DNA from: a virus
Virus record (IMG/VR): IMGVR_UViG_3300025127_008281
Span: 2,997-66,996 of that record
Length of the DNA: 64,000 nt
Reading direction: 5' to 3' (one strand)
Positions 39,230 through 48,981 of the stretch are shown here, in pieces. Below the pieces are notes generated by a model. The model had not been told where the DNA came from and searched no databases. It saw only the letters and a list, made by a program, of their open reading frames with translations. The translations under genes and the position numbers were made by a program. The stretch's first letter is position 1, and each line of letters starts with the position of its first letter.

Positions 39230-40052
39230 GTATATTTTGTAATAGCCTCACAAAACTATAACCACCTTTTACAATGTCATCGATCATTCTCACAACTGGT
39301 GCATAGGCCTGCATAACAGGTGCCGGCACAGCTCTGCCCTGCCTTATCATGTCAGCGGCAACTTTGGCACGTCGCACATTTGATGCACCCACCAGCACTC
39401 TGTAACCAGTCATTTCGTCTGGCGTAAGTTCTGCACCAGGCACGGTTCTTTCTGCATCGACAACATTATCCAACTCAAGTTTTTGCTTGTCTGCAAACTC
39501 CTGTGCCTTTCTCTGTAAGTCAGTTCCAGAAAGTTTTGCCTTAAGTGCTTGTAACAGCCTGGTTGTTGTTAGTTTTTTCCTTCGAGCATCGAGATTTGCA
39601 TAATCACTTATGGCTCTACGCAAATTTTTGTAATCCAAATTGCCTATACCTAAAGCCGATTCCAAATTTGAAAGAAATTGAAAGCTGTTTTTGAAATCTC
39701 TTAGATATCTACGAATCGCCAGCACAGGCACTGTTTGCCTTTGCCTCAAGGCCATTGCGGCATTTTTATTGGCTAATTTTTTTGTGATCTCAGGATCGCC
39801 AGCAACAACAGCCAGCATGTTATGAAGATCATTCGAAGTGGGTCGCACCCTATCAAAAGATCCATAGGCCAACGTGTCATTGGCATAGGCCTTTGTGAAT
39901 CCTATTGTCTGTTGGAAACTTCTAAGCAACGTAAGGGTCAGGAAAGACAAATAGATCCTTTCCGTGATTTCTTGGAATGTGTATCGTTGTAGGTCGCTTT
40001 GGCGTCTAACAATCCTGCCTTCAGATACATACTTTAAAAAAGGTGTTAACAT
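39207..40052 (-). CDS. Hypothetical late protein
   Basis: 281-aa ORF; TAAATA 5 nt before ATG. Confidence 0.75.
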   Translation of the reverse strand: MLTPFLKYVSEGRIVRRQSDLQRYTFQEITERIYLSFLTLTLLRSFQQTIGFTKAYANDTLAYGSFDRVRPTSNDLHNMLAVVAGDPEITKKLANKNAAMALRQRQTVPVLAIRRYLRDFKNSFQFLSNLESALGIGNLDYKNLRRAISDYANLDARRKKLTTTRLLQALKAKLSGTDLQRKAQEFADKQKLELDNVVDAERTVPGAELTPDEMTGYRVLVGASNVRRAKVAADMIRQGRAVPAPVMQAYAPVVRMIDDIVKGGYSFVRLLQNIHDRAKKK

Positions 40053-40062
40053 AAAGGTATTT

Positions 40063-41118
40063 ATGGGTAAAATGCAACGTAATTTTGTTCTGACAGATTT
40101 GATGAAAACTGGTAAACATCAAGATATAGAGCAGTTTATCAGTTCACATAGTCTACCCGATCAATCATTCAGTTTAGAATCGCAATACTATCGATTACAC
40201 AATTACGATTTGGACAGCTATGACAGGCGTTTTGTAATAATTGACGTGCGTCACGACAACAACCGGCTGAAAGGCAGTATAGAGTTTAAAGATGAACTGG
40301 AAAGGAGATGTAAACTTCTGCATAGCCAAGGTTTTGTTTTCATATCAGCCACGCCATGGGAGTCAGCAGATAATATTTCAAAAAGTGAATTGTATCCCGA
40401 AGTCAGCACACAGCATATCATATGGTCAGGTGGCGTGTCGTGGTTTTGGTCGTACATGTATCACAAACACAAAGATACGGAATTTGTTTTTGATCACAAT
40501 AAAAAGAATTATGATTTCTTATATCTCAATAAAGGGGTTAGAGAACATAGGACAAATTTGTTTAACAAATTATCTTCAACAGATTTGTTACAAAAAAGTC
40601 TTTATAGCTTTTGGCCAAACAAAAAATTAGCACAAGACTACGAATTGCCATGGGCACCGGACTATCCTTTTTATGGCATGGATCAGGACATATATGAAAA
40701 ACCATATAATGAAACTGCTTTCAATATTGTATCAGAGTCCAACGACAACGACCACGATGTGTTTATGACAGAGAAAATTTGGAAGCCTATTATTGCACAA
40801 CAAATATTTGTTGTTCACGGTAATCATTTATACCTGCAAAAACTACGTGAAATGGGTTTCAAAACATTTGGCCATTACTTTGATGAATCCTATGACCTAG
40901 AAAAAGATTCAATTAAAAAAATTGATGCCATTCATAAACTATGTAAAGATCTAATGAACAAAAATTGGAAAGATCTATATCTGCAAACTATTAAACTACG
41001 TCAGCACAACCATGATGTGTTTTTCAATAAGGAAAGATTAAGTGAACAGGTGAATAAGACTATCAATTTATTTCTTGAATTTGCTGATAGCGGTCAAATT
41101 ACGTCTACTGAAGCCTAA
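40063..41118 (+). CDS. Glycosyltransferase-like protein (TEK..KP / GFKTF..DESYD family)
   Basis: IVSES...FMTEKIWKPI...GFKTFGHYFDESYD; start MGKM inferred. Confidence 0.55.
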   Translation: MGKMQRNFVLTDLMKTGKHQDIEQFISSHSLPDQSFSLESQYYRLHNYDLDSYDRRFVIIDVRHDNNRLKGSIEFKDELERRCKLLHSQGFVFISATPWESADNISKSELYPEVSTQHIIWSGGVSWFWSYMYHKHKDTEFVFDHNKKNYDFLYLNKGVREHRTNLFNKLSSTDLLQKSLYSFWPNKKLAQDYELPWAPDYPFYGMDQDIYEKPYNETAFNIVSESNDNDHDVFMTEKIWKPIIAQQIFVVHGNHLYLQKLREMGFKTFGHYFDESYDLEKDSIKKIDAIHKLCKDLMNKNWKDLYLQTIKLRQHNHDVFFNKERLSEQVNKTINLFLEFADSGQITSTEA

Positions 41119-42282
41119 CCTATCTACAAGTTTGACAGCGTTGCCTGTCTTGTCTACAGCAACAAATCCTTCTGGTTCTGTGACTTCCAATCCATTCTCG
41201 GTCTGTTGAAATGATCCTATTGCCATCGCTTGGTTCATTTTTTTCAGCACAAACATTTTCATCCTTTGCACCTGTTTGTAAAAAGATAGCATGTTCTGTA
41301 ATGGGGCCTTTAGTTTGTTTAGGAATCGTGGCATCTGTTTGATTTTATCTTGTCTCAGGTCCAGAGCCCTTTGTGCTTTTAGACCAGATATTTGTTGTTG
41401 CATTCGATCAATATAAAATTTTCTAAAGCCTTGTAGAAATTGTGTGCTATTCTCAGGCAACTGGCCTTCTTTGACCATGGAATTAATATACATCTGAAAG
41501 AATGGTACAAAATCTTGATTGGCACCAAATAGGTTAGATAGGTTACGTGGCACCCTTGACAATAAACTTTCCAACTTGTCTATCTCAGCCAAAAATATTT
41601 TTGTTTCGTCATCTGTGAATTTTGCACTGCCAGACACATCTTTATAACTTGCGTTATCAAAGAACACTGAACTATTTTTTGAAAATTCTTCAATATTGGC
41701 CCCTGCACTGGCATTCATGTCAGCCAGTGTTTCGCCAACATAGGTAGTATGGAATATGATACCAACTTTTGCCACATCGATTTGTTTTCCCAATTCACTT
41801 TGCTCAGGTACTGCATAGGTAATGGTGTTTGGATTGAATGTTAAATGTGGCTTGCCATCTATGTTTTTTCTAGTTATGTCTTCGTCTGTGAATAGTAGGT
41901 CTCCCTGATACACACCATTCATGTTGATCTTTTTTAAATGCACCAAACATTTAAGCAGTTTTTGTCCGAGATCATCAGTGCCATGATTTTTTGCGATATC
42001 TCGTTTGGTGTAGTTTATTTTTGGACTTTGTGCGAACACCGACTTGGTGCCAACAAAAAATCTATCATTGTCAGGATTTACGCCACAGACAACAGCAGGT
42101 GCACCGTCCCACTTCACACTCACCTTTACTGCTTCTGAACTACTGCCTTTCAAGGTAAGCAAAAGTCCTCTAAAATATTCTACAACAGCCTTGCCGCCCT
42201 CAAAGCCATCTGTTATGATAATGTCTTCTATGTGTTCTAGGTGTGTCCTTTTGAACTCTGTGAGAACATCTTCAATTAACAT
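41068..42282 (-). CDS. DUF6267-like protein with ligase-type nucleotidyltransferase motifs
   Basis: THLEHIED, SVKWDGAPA, FFVGTKS, YQGD, PEGFV, VKLVDR. Confidence 0.65.
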   Translation of the reverse strand: MLIEDVLTEFKRTHLEHIEDIIITDGFEGGKAVVEYFRGLLLTLKGSSSEAVKVSVKWDGAPAVVCGVNPDNDRFFVGTKSVFAQSPKINYTKRDIAKNHGTDDLGQKLLKCLVHLKKINMNGVYQGDLLFTDEDITRKNIDGKPHLTFNPNTITYAVPEQSELGKQIDVAKVGIIFHTTYVGETLADMNASAGANIEEFSKNSSVFFDNASYKDVSGSAKFTDDETKIFLAEIDKLESLLSRVPRNLSNLFGANQDFVPFFQMYINSMVKEGQLPENSTQFLQGFRKFYIDRMQQQISGLKAQRALDLRQDKIKQMPRFLNKLKAPLQNMLSFYKQVQRMKMFVLKKMNQAMAIGSFQQTENGLEVTEPEGFVAVDKTGNAVKLVDRLGFSRRNLTAISKFKK

Positions 42283-42284
42283 TC

Positions 42285-42584
42285 TTAATCCTCTTGGTAT
42301 TCACCGTCTTTAATTTTCAGAAGGTTATTTTTTACGTCCTTGTTTTCTTTAATTCTGGCAATGCCTTTAGAGAACTTAGTTTGGTCCATTGTTTTGATTG
42401 AGTTATGAAAACGCTTCTCCAATTTATATGCAGTTTCAGGATCAAAATTTTCTTTGATATACGTGATCAATCTAATCGCAGAATCAATTATGTGAGATGC
42501 ACGGCTCTCAACTACATTTTCCTTATCTTTCTTGTAAGAAATGTTGGATAGTTCATCTAATATACTGCGTGTTTCTTTTTGCAT
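42285..42584 (-). CDS. Hypothetical late protein
   Basis: TRSILDEL...ESRASHII.SAI; TAAATA upstream. Confidence 0.7.
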   Translation of the reverse strand: MQKETRSILDELSNISYKKDKENVVESRASHIIDSAIRLITYIKENFDPETAYKLEKRFHNSIKTMDQTKFSKGIARIKENKDVKNNLLKIKDGEYQED

Positions 42585-42627
42585 ATATGGTATTTACATT
42601 TGATTGTAACACAATTATAGTAAAAGT

Positions 42628-43293
42628 CTACGGTTTAGCCACTTTTTTATACACAAAATACTTACGGCTGTTGGTGTCGTCACGGATATCAAGTATTTTT
42701 AAGTTGAATTTTTCACTCAGCTCTATAATAAATGGAACATTCCAAGCATAAAATTCAATCCAATCGGCTTCAGGTTTGTCATGCGGCAAGCCAGGATTTA
42801 CCCTAAAGAACATTGTGCCACCATCGGCCAGTAGTCTTTCACATCTCTCAACCTCTGCTGTTATCTTGTCTTTACTGCCAAAGTTCACTGAGCCCAGACA
42901 CAAAATCACATCAAACTTTTGATCAGTTTTATATTCCAATGTGCCCACTTGCAGATCGGCATTTTTGTTATAAGGATCAATGCCTATTATATTATTGATT
43001 CTGCCCTTGAATTCATTATAGCCACAGCCTACATCCAGTACCGCTCTCGGTTTGAGATTGTTCACCTCATCGATCAATGCCAGACCAGAGTACTTCCATT
43101 TCTTCATGTCATTCTGCCAATATTTGGAAAAATATTTGTTTAGACATGCATCATCTATGATATTTGCATATTGTTCTAAACTATCACATCGCTTTACATC
43201 TACTCCGAATGTTTCCATAATGTAAGGTTGTGTAATTTTGGTAATATCGTTGTTGCTGAAAGAAAGCAATTCATTGAATATTTTTTTGTTCAT
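42628..43293 (-). CDS. Class I SAM-dependent methyltransferase
   Basis: VLDVGCG, GIDP, FDVILCLGS. Confidence 0.85.
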   Translation of the reverse strand: MNKKIFNELLSFSNNDITKITQPYIMETFGVDVKRCDSLEQYANIIDDACLNKYFSKYWQNDMKKWKYSGLALIDEVNNLKPRAVLDVGCGYNEFKGRINNIIGIDPYNKNADLQVGTLEYKTDQKFDVILCLGSVNFGSKDKITAEVERCERLLADGGTMFFRVNPGLPHDKPEADWIEFYAWNVPFIIELSEKFNLKILDIRDDTNSRKYFVYKKVAKP

Positions 43294-43341
43294 TATGATA
43301 GTATATAATAAAAAACTTTTATAGTCTATATAGTTTTTTTA

Positions 43342-43923
43342 TTATTGATAAACAAAGACTCTGACATTGTTTTCTTTGTAATCATGTATGGGTGTGTCTT
43401 TAGGATACTTAATTGCCAGTGTTTTACAAAGTTCTTCATTATTGTACAATTCTACTATTCTTTTTTTATTATTCTGATAGAAAGTTTTTATATCAAAGTT
43501 TTGTTTTTTTATGTGTTCCCACATTCTAGTCCTTGTCCTATAGTATTGATAGTTGGGATATGTGATATTGAATGCTCCTGCTTTGGTCCACCATTCAATA
43601 CATCCACCATTGGATCTCAAACACATCACTATTGGATATCCTTTAGTCTTCAGTTCCTCGAGTTCATGAGCGAAAGTGTGACATTTGATTATCCTTCTGC
43701 CTACACCACTGAATGGCCCGTCCCAATCTATTGGAGTGAATTCCATTCCCGGATCCCAATATGCTCCAAAGTGCATCACTTTCTTTTCTCCAGGGGTATC
43801 AGTCTCTACGGAGTATGTTCGTTCTTCGGTATAGTCGGTGTGATCAATATCTTCGCTCCAATAGATATTTTTACACACACTGCTCCATTTAGATCCTGGT
43901 GCCCCTGTAAAAAGTATGTACAT
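43342..43923 (-). CDS. P-loop / sulfotransferase-like protein
   Basis: LFTGAPGSKWS, IIKCH. Confidence 0.5.
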   Translation of the reverse strand: MYILFTGAPGSKWSSVCKNIYWSEDIDHTDYTEERTYSVETDTPGEKKVMHFGAYWDPGMEFTPIDWDGPFSGVGRRIIKCHTFAHELEELKTKGYPIVMCLRSNGGCIEWWTKAGAFNITYPNYQYYRTRTRMWEHIKKQNFDIKTFYQNNKKRIVELYNNEELCKTLAIKYPKDTPIHDYKENNVRVFVYQ

Positions 43924-44969
43924 TATTTCGTAAGATCTTCCTTGTACACTGTGTTGTAACCTAACTGTTTGCTTTTGAAATCAGCCAAAGTTTGAAGTGC
44001 TTCAGGAGTAATAAAAGACTTCAAAGTTTTCACTGCATTATCCCCTTCTGCTCCTGTTCTCCACTCGTATTTGCCGACCTTCTTTTCAATTGCGGCAACT
44101 GACTCGGGATCTTTTATCATCTTGTCCAAAGCCTTAACAAGTTTTTCTTTGTTTGGATTTCCTTTGTTGACCCAAAAGGCTTTTTGCAAAGCATCTCTCC
44201 AACTCTTCACAAGTTTATATGCATCGTAGAAGTCTCCACTCGGAGCGGTCAACCACATCTCTTCATACAACGCCTCGAATGTTGGCTCTTCAAAGTTAGG
44301 ATCTGCATTGTGTTCACCTGTTGCTACATCCAGCAAACCATGATGGAACCAAGTGTAGGCGTCACCTTTTTGGATTACCGGCAACACATGCTTTTTGTAT
44401 GCCGCAGGATTCTCTCTGGTAGCGTTCAAGTCACCTCTGATGAATGCCAAACGTCTTTCAGATCCTTTCATGCCTTTCACCCAAACAATCTTCTCCTCAA
44501 AAGTTTTAATTGGATCATTGTTAGGTCCTGCCAATAACATGGTTATAGCCATCACTTCAGGAGTCATTCCTGATCCTGATGGAAACTGTATTGGACCATT
44601 CAACACATCTGCGTTTTTCCTTGCACCTACAATAATATTTAAATTCATCTGTCCAATGGATTCCCAATCTAAGTAATTGTAGTCGACAGGCTCAACAAGA
44701 TATGATATACCGTTACCCCCATGTGATACCAAAATAGTTTTATTATCAAATCGCAATTCATTTTGGAATTGATTAGGGCCAAGTTGATCCCTTGCACCAG
44801 GCTTGTAGATCAAGTTGATCTTTTCGCCTAGATGTTTCTCCCATTCTGCCACAACTATCTGTGCCCACACAGAAGTTCCACCAGATGGTTTTTGTGGCAC
44901 GATTAAATTGTAATCTGCCATGGCTGTTGTTGTCATTAAAAACAAAGCCATTATTGTTTTTTTAAGCAT
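43923..44969 (-). CDS. tctC: TctC/Bug-like solute-binding protein
   Basis: Signal peptide; LIVPQKPSGGTS, YKPGA, AFIRGDL. Confidence 0.8.
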   Translation of the reverse strand: MLKKTIMALFLMTTTAMADYNLIVPQKPSGGTSVWAQIVVAEWEKHLGEKINLIYKPGARDQLGPNQFQNELRFDNKTILVSHGGNGISYLVEPVDYNYLDWESIGQMNLNIIVGARKNADVLNGPIQFPSGSGMTPEVMAITMLLAGPNNDPIKTFEEKIVWVKGMKGSERRLAFIRGDLNATRENPAAYKKHVLPVIQKGDAYTWFHHGLLDVATGEHNADPNFEEPTFEALYEEMWLTAPSGDFYDAYKLVKSWRDALQKAFWVNKGNPNKEKLVKALDKMIKDPESVAAIEKKVGKYEWRTGAEGDNAVKTLKSFITPEALQTLADFKSKQLGYNTVYKEDLTK

Positions 44970-46398
44970 AATCTAATTTGCTCCTTTTCGTTATTCCCCA
45001 ATACAGTAAAAGTATAACACAAATAATTATAAAGATAAAGATTGGTCTTGAAATTAAATCATTTACAGTATGTAGAGATGTTAGTTGATAAGTGAGATTA
45101 TATATCCTGTCACTCAACAGGTACCCTATCAGTAGTGCTGGCCTACTGACTTGGAATTTTTTACATAGCAGTCCCAATGTTGAGAATGCAATTAGCACCG
45201 CAAGGTCTTCCCATCCGCCACTATATTGTAGAGTTGCCCAAACAATAACGGCAAGTATGAAAGGAAAGTAGTAAACATATGGAATACGTGTTACCCAACC
45301 TGCGAAATATGCCAGTCCATAACATATGAAAGCAGTGATCATTGTGCCTAATAGGAATGCAAATGTCATGCTGTCAAATAATTTGTCATCGTAAAATGTG
45401 TCTGGAGATCCTAGGTCAATTCCTAGATATAAAAATAAGCCCATCAGAATTGCGGCGAATGGTGCTCCAGGAATCCCAAACAACACAGTTGGAATAAATG
45501 ATGAGGCTTTCTGAGCATTGTTGGCGCCTTCTGCCCCCACTATACCTCTAACGTTTCCGTTACCAAACTTTTCTTTAGGATTTGCGGCGACCGTGGCGCC
45601 GTAAGCCAACCAGTCTGCCATGGCTCCACCAAGCCCAGGCAAAAGTCCTATGAATGAGCCAATTGCTCCACCTCGTATGCTATCTTTCCAACAGTTAATG
45701 GAATCTTGGAAACCTTGTTTGACATCTAACCAACTGCCATGTACCGCCTTTACAGAAGTGGTTGTTCTCCTTTTGAACCAACCATCCCATAGTTCTGGTA
45801 TGGCGAAAAGTCCTGCTACAAAAGGCAATATTTGCACTCCGTCTTCAAGATATCTCCAACCCATTGTGAAACGGGGAACATTATTAACATCAACCCCAAC
45901 AAGTCCTATTGTTATTCCCAAAATGATAGCAAGTGTGCTTCTAACATATTTTCTTGTGGATACAAAGCCAACCGTCACAAAGGCAAGTAATACCAATGCC
46001 CACAGTTCAGGAATGCCCATGAACATGACAACCTGTGTGTACCATGGAAGAAATAAAAAAGTCAGCGATCCCCAGAACAAACCATTTGCAGTGCTTGATG
46101 TAATGGCGGCCGAAAGTGCTCTTGTTGCCTCTCCATTCTTGGCCATAGGGAATCCGTCCACCATTGTTGCCGCCGCAGAGTTGGCTCCGGGTATGCCCAA
46201 AAGCACACCACTGAATGAATCACCGGTTGTTGAGGATGCCACAACTGCCACACAGAAGATTACACCCAAGTAAGGATCTCCCACAAAGTAGGGCATGAAT
46301 CCAAATAGTGTGATTAATCCTGTTGTTGCTCCTGCGGCTGGTATTAGGCCAATGATCAAGCCATAAACAATACCTGCCATTAAGATAGCAAGTTCCAT
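44962..46398 (-). CDS. tctA: Tripartite tricarboxylate transporter TctA-family permease
   Basis: LLGIPGANSAAATMVDGFPMA, GLLPGLGG, AEGANNA, PTVLFGIPG. Confidence 0.93.
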   Translation of the reverse strand: MELAILMAGIVYGLIIGLIPAAGATTGLITLFGFMPYFVGDPYLGVIFCVAVVASSTTGDSFSGVLLGIPGANSAAATMVDGFPMAKNGEATRALSAAITSSTANGLFWGSLTFLFLPWYTQVVMFMGIPELWALVLLAFVTVGFVSTRKYVRSTLAIILGITIGLVGVDVNNVPRFTMGWRYLEDGVQILPFVAGLFAIPELWDGWFKRRTTTSVKAVHGSWLDVKQGFQDSINCWKDSIRGGAIGSFIGLLPGLGGAMADWLAYGATVAANPKEKFGNGNVRGIVGAEGANNAQKASSFIPTVLFGIPGAPFAAILMGLFLYLGIDLGSPDTFYDDKLFDSMTFAFLLGTMITAFICYGLAYFAGWVTRIPYVYYFPFILAVIVWATLQYSGGWEDLAVLIAFSTLGLLCKKFQVSRPALLIGYLLSDRIYNLTYQLTSLHTVNDLISRPIFIFIIICVILLLYWGITKRSKLDYA

Positions 46399-46465
46399 AC
46401 TAAATTATTTCGGGGTTGTCTATGCTGTGAACTTCACTAGGAGCGTTACAGCAAAATATGTAAAA

Positions 46466-46633
46466 TTAATTATTCAACTGGTTTTTTGACTTAACAAAAA
46501 CTGAGCCAACTTTTTGGTTATAGGCCTCCAGTTTTTCTGTGAGCTCTTTTATAATTTGTTGATATTCACTAATCTGCACTTCGAGGTTGCCTATCTTAGC
46601 TCTTAAAATTTTGATGTTATCTTCCTTGTCCAT
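46466..46633 (-). CDS. Small coiled-coil protein (55 aa, not in ORF track)
   Basis: MDKEDNIKILRAKIGNLEVQISEYQQIIKELTEKL... Confidence 0.55.
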   Translation of the reverse strand: MDKEDNIKILRAKIGNLEVQISEYQQIIKELTEKLEAYNQKVGSVFVKSKNQLNN

Positions 46634-46757
46634 TGTATGATTTGTAGGATCTTTTTTTATGTTTGTTCATGGAACTCATCTTTATCCTACTTTTATTTTT
46701 ACCTTGAGATGTTTTCTTTGGTTTGCCTTTTTCATATCCGCTGTGTGATCTAATCAT
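46617..46757 (-). CDS. Small highly basic protein (46 aa, not in ORF track)
   Basis: MIRSHSGYEKGKPKKTSQGKNKSRIKMSSMNKHKKRSYKSYNGQGR; sigma70-like promoter upstream. Confidence 0.65.
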   Translation of the reverse strand: MIRSHSGYEKGKPKKTSQGKNKSRIKMSSMNKHKKRSYKSYNGQGR

Positions 46758-46814
46758 AACAATATTATATAGTAGACAAATATTTCAGTCAACCGTATAA
46801 TAGTAAATAAAAGT

Positions 46815-47243
46815 ATGGCTATAAAATTTTCCTTAATATGCGAATGTTCCGCCAAATTCGAAGGTTGGTTTCCAAGCAATAAAGAATACGAAAGACAAAT
46901 TGTTTCAGGAAAATTAACCTGTCCGATGTGTGATAGCACCAGTGTGCGTAAGGACATCATGGCACCTAATGTCAAAAGGAAAAGCAGTCAAATTAAGAGC
47001 AAAACCAAAGGCCAAGGCAACCTAATGATGAGCGGCCGTGCTAGACAGATATTGAAAACCATAGAACAAACAGTCAAAAGAGAATATACCGATGTTGGTA
47101 AAAAGTTTGCACAGGAGGCCCGAAAGGCATCACGTGGTGAGCGAGATGAGAAGATATACGGCACTGCTACCAAGAAAGAAGTCAAGCAATTACAGAAAGA
47201 TGGCATCGATATTTTTCCTGTTCCAGAAATCAAAGACAATTAA
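46815..47243 (+). CDS. DUF1178 family protein
   Basis: IKFSLICEC...FEGWF, CPMC, MAPNV, VG..FA.EARK, IYGTAT. Confidence 0.9.
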   Translation: MAIKFSLICECSAKFEGWFPSNKEYERQIVSGKLTCPMCDSTSVRKDIMAPNVKRKSSQIKSKTKGQGNLMMSGRARQILKTIEQTVKREYTDVGKKFAQEARKASRGERDEKIYGTATKKEVKQLQKDGIDIFPVPEIKDN

Positions 47244-47755
47244 TTTTTGTAATGATCTATTCTTTCAAACACTTCATTAATGTTTAAGATAAGATCACGG
47301 TAATGATTACTATTTTTTTGCCAATAGGCTAGAGATAGATCCAAGTCCTCATACCTGTATATCTTGTAACGATTTTCGTTCACTACTGATCTTATGATTT
47401 TATAGTTTTTGAAAAAAGTATCGACCAGAGTGACATCAACATTTGTTTTGACCTTCTGTTCTCCATTGAATCTCTGTGTCTTGTTGGTATAAACAAAACT
47501 GAGGCATTGTGTGACAAAATCTTCACGTATCAATATTCTCCATTGTATCTCATCATGCAAGGCCATTATTTTTCCAACATCACTGCATGGCATCACTGAA
47601 AAAATACAACTTTCTGGTAAATTACCAATGTATTCTTCCAGATCCTTTTGATTCAAATCAAACTCGGGAACAATTTGTAATCCTGTTTCGGCTCCGAGCT
47701 GTTGTTCGTAGGCAGAGTGTCCTGATCTATGCTGACATAAGATTCCTAACTTCAT
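47240..47755 (-). CDS. Sulfotransferase-like protein (Stf0-like)
   Basis: ILCQHRSGHS, LIRED...QCLS, YED. Confidence 0.55.
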   Translation of the reverse strand: MKLGILCQHRSGHSAYEQQLGAETGLQIVPEFDLNQKDLEEYIGNLPESCIFSVMPCSDVGKIMALHDEIQWRILIREDFVTQCLSFVYTNKTQRFNGEQKVKTNVDVTLVDTFFKNYKIIRSVVNENRYKIYRYEDLDLSLAYWQKNSNHYRDLILNINEVFERIDHYKN

Positions 47756-47920
47756 ATAAGATATACTTAATCCACAATAAAAAATACTACAAATTACATT
47801 AATTTTAGAAAGGTTGACTTAATACTACTTCTAGTATATAATTGTAAACATGATACGTAGGATAACAGAGATTGAAACTCCGGCGGATCGTTTATTAACA
47901 AATAAGGAAAAGGAAACAAT

Positions 47921-48292
47921 ATGCTAACAGGTATGTTTAATACACTTTTTCCTTCTACTAAAAAGGAAAATAAAACCATGGCAAACTCAACTCAATATGT
48001 TGTGTACACAAGAAACTTCAAAACAAGAGCGAAGCAGATTGGTGTATTTGCAGAGCCGGCATCTTCATACAAAGTAAATGGTGAAGTACACGGTGGTAAA
48101 ATCAAGTTCAAGAACTTAGCGGTAAAAAATACTGCAAGAAAAACAGCTACTAACAAGTTGTTATCTAAAGGAATTGATTTTACAGTAGAAGTTTTAGGTA
48201 CAGCACCTAAGGCGTCTGCATTGACAATGAAGTCAAACATCATTTCTTTATTAAAGAAATCAGGTAGAAAAGTAATTAATTACTCTGCGTAA
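47921..48292 (+). CDS. Basic hypothetical protein
   Basis: Sigma70-like promoter near 47814; AAGGA RBS; terminator after; alternative start at 47978. Confidence 0.75.
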   Translation: MLTGMFNTLFPSTKKENKTMANSTQYVVYTRNFKTRAKQIGVFAEPASSYKVNGEVHGGKIKFKNLAVKNTARKTATNKLLSKGIDFTVEVLGTAPKASALTMKSNIISLLKKSGRKVINYSA

Positions 48293-48303
48293 TTAATAAT
48301 TCT

Positions 48304-48337
48304 AAAGGGCGGTGCAGAAATGTGTCGCCCTTTTTTT
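48304..48337 (+). terminator. Rho-independent terminator
   Basis: AAAGGGCGG...TCGCCCTTT stem and T run. Confidence 0.75.
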
Positions 48338-48354
48338 GTGACTTAAATATCAGG

Positions 48355-48981
48355 ATGGACATCATAAAACATTACTACAATGAAATAGATAGTTTCGGTT
48401 GCATCAACAGGTACAGGACACTTTATGCGGAGATGGTAAAACAAGCAAAAGGTGGCGAGCACTTTGTTGAAATAGGAGCATGGAAAGGTGCCAGCACAGC
48501 TTTTATGGCGGTTGAAATTGCAAACAGCGGCAAAGATATAAAATTTGACACAGTGGACACTTGGTTAGGTGCAGATCATTCACCTCAACAGAAGAACGAC
48601 AAAGACGTCATAGAGGGTAATTTGTATGAAGTTTTCCTAAAAAACATCGAACCGGTTGCTGATTATGTGACACCAATACGATCAACGAGTGTCCAGGCAA
48701 GTGAGCAATATGCTGACAAAAGTTTAGACTTCATTTTCATAGATGGCGCACACACTTACGATGACTTAATAGCGGATATCACTGCATGGAGACCAAAACT
48801 AAAGGAAACCGGAGTACTTGCCGGTGATGATTACAGTTGGGGTGGTGTCAGGCGAGCAGTTGATGAGTTATTAGGTGGTGAACTGTTCTTGTTTTTTAAT
48901 AATATAAGAAAAGGCGTAGGAAAGGAATGTTGGGCATTAGACAAAAACTTATCAGCCGATTGGAAGGCCACAAATTGCTAA
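48355..48981 (+). CDS. SAM-dependent methyltransferase (Methyltransf_24-like)
   Basis: VEIGAWKGAS, VDTW, LDFIFIDGAHTY, GDDY; start 5 nt after TAAATA. Confidence 0.88.
   Translation: MDIIKHYYNEIDSFGCINRYRTLYAEMVKQAKGGEHFVEIGAWKGASTAFMAVEIANSGKDIKFDTVDTWLGADHSPQQKNDKDVIEGNLYEVFLKNIEPVADYVTPIRSTSVQASEQYADKSLDFIFIDGAHTYDDLIADITAWRPKLKETGVLAGDDYSWGGVRRAVDELLGGELFLFFNNIRKGVGKECWALDKNLSADWKATNC

Noticed and set aside
43345-43959. 204-aa plus-strand ORF
   Set aside because: Antisense shadow of an operonic minus-strand gene, with implausible composition.
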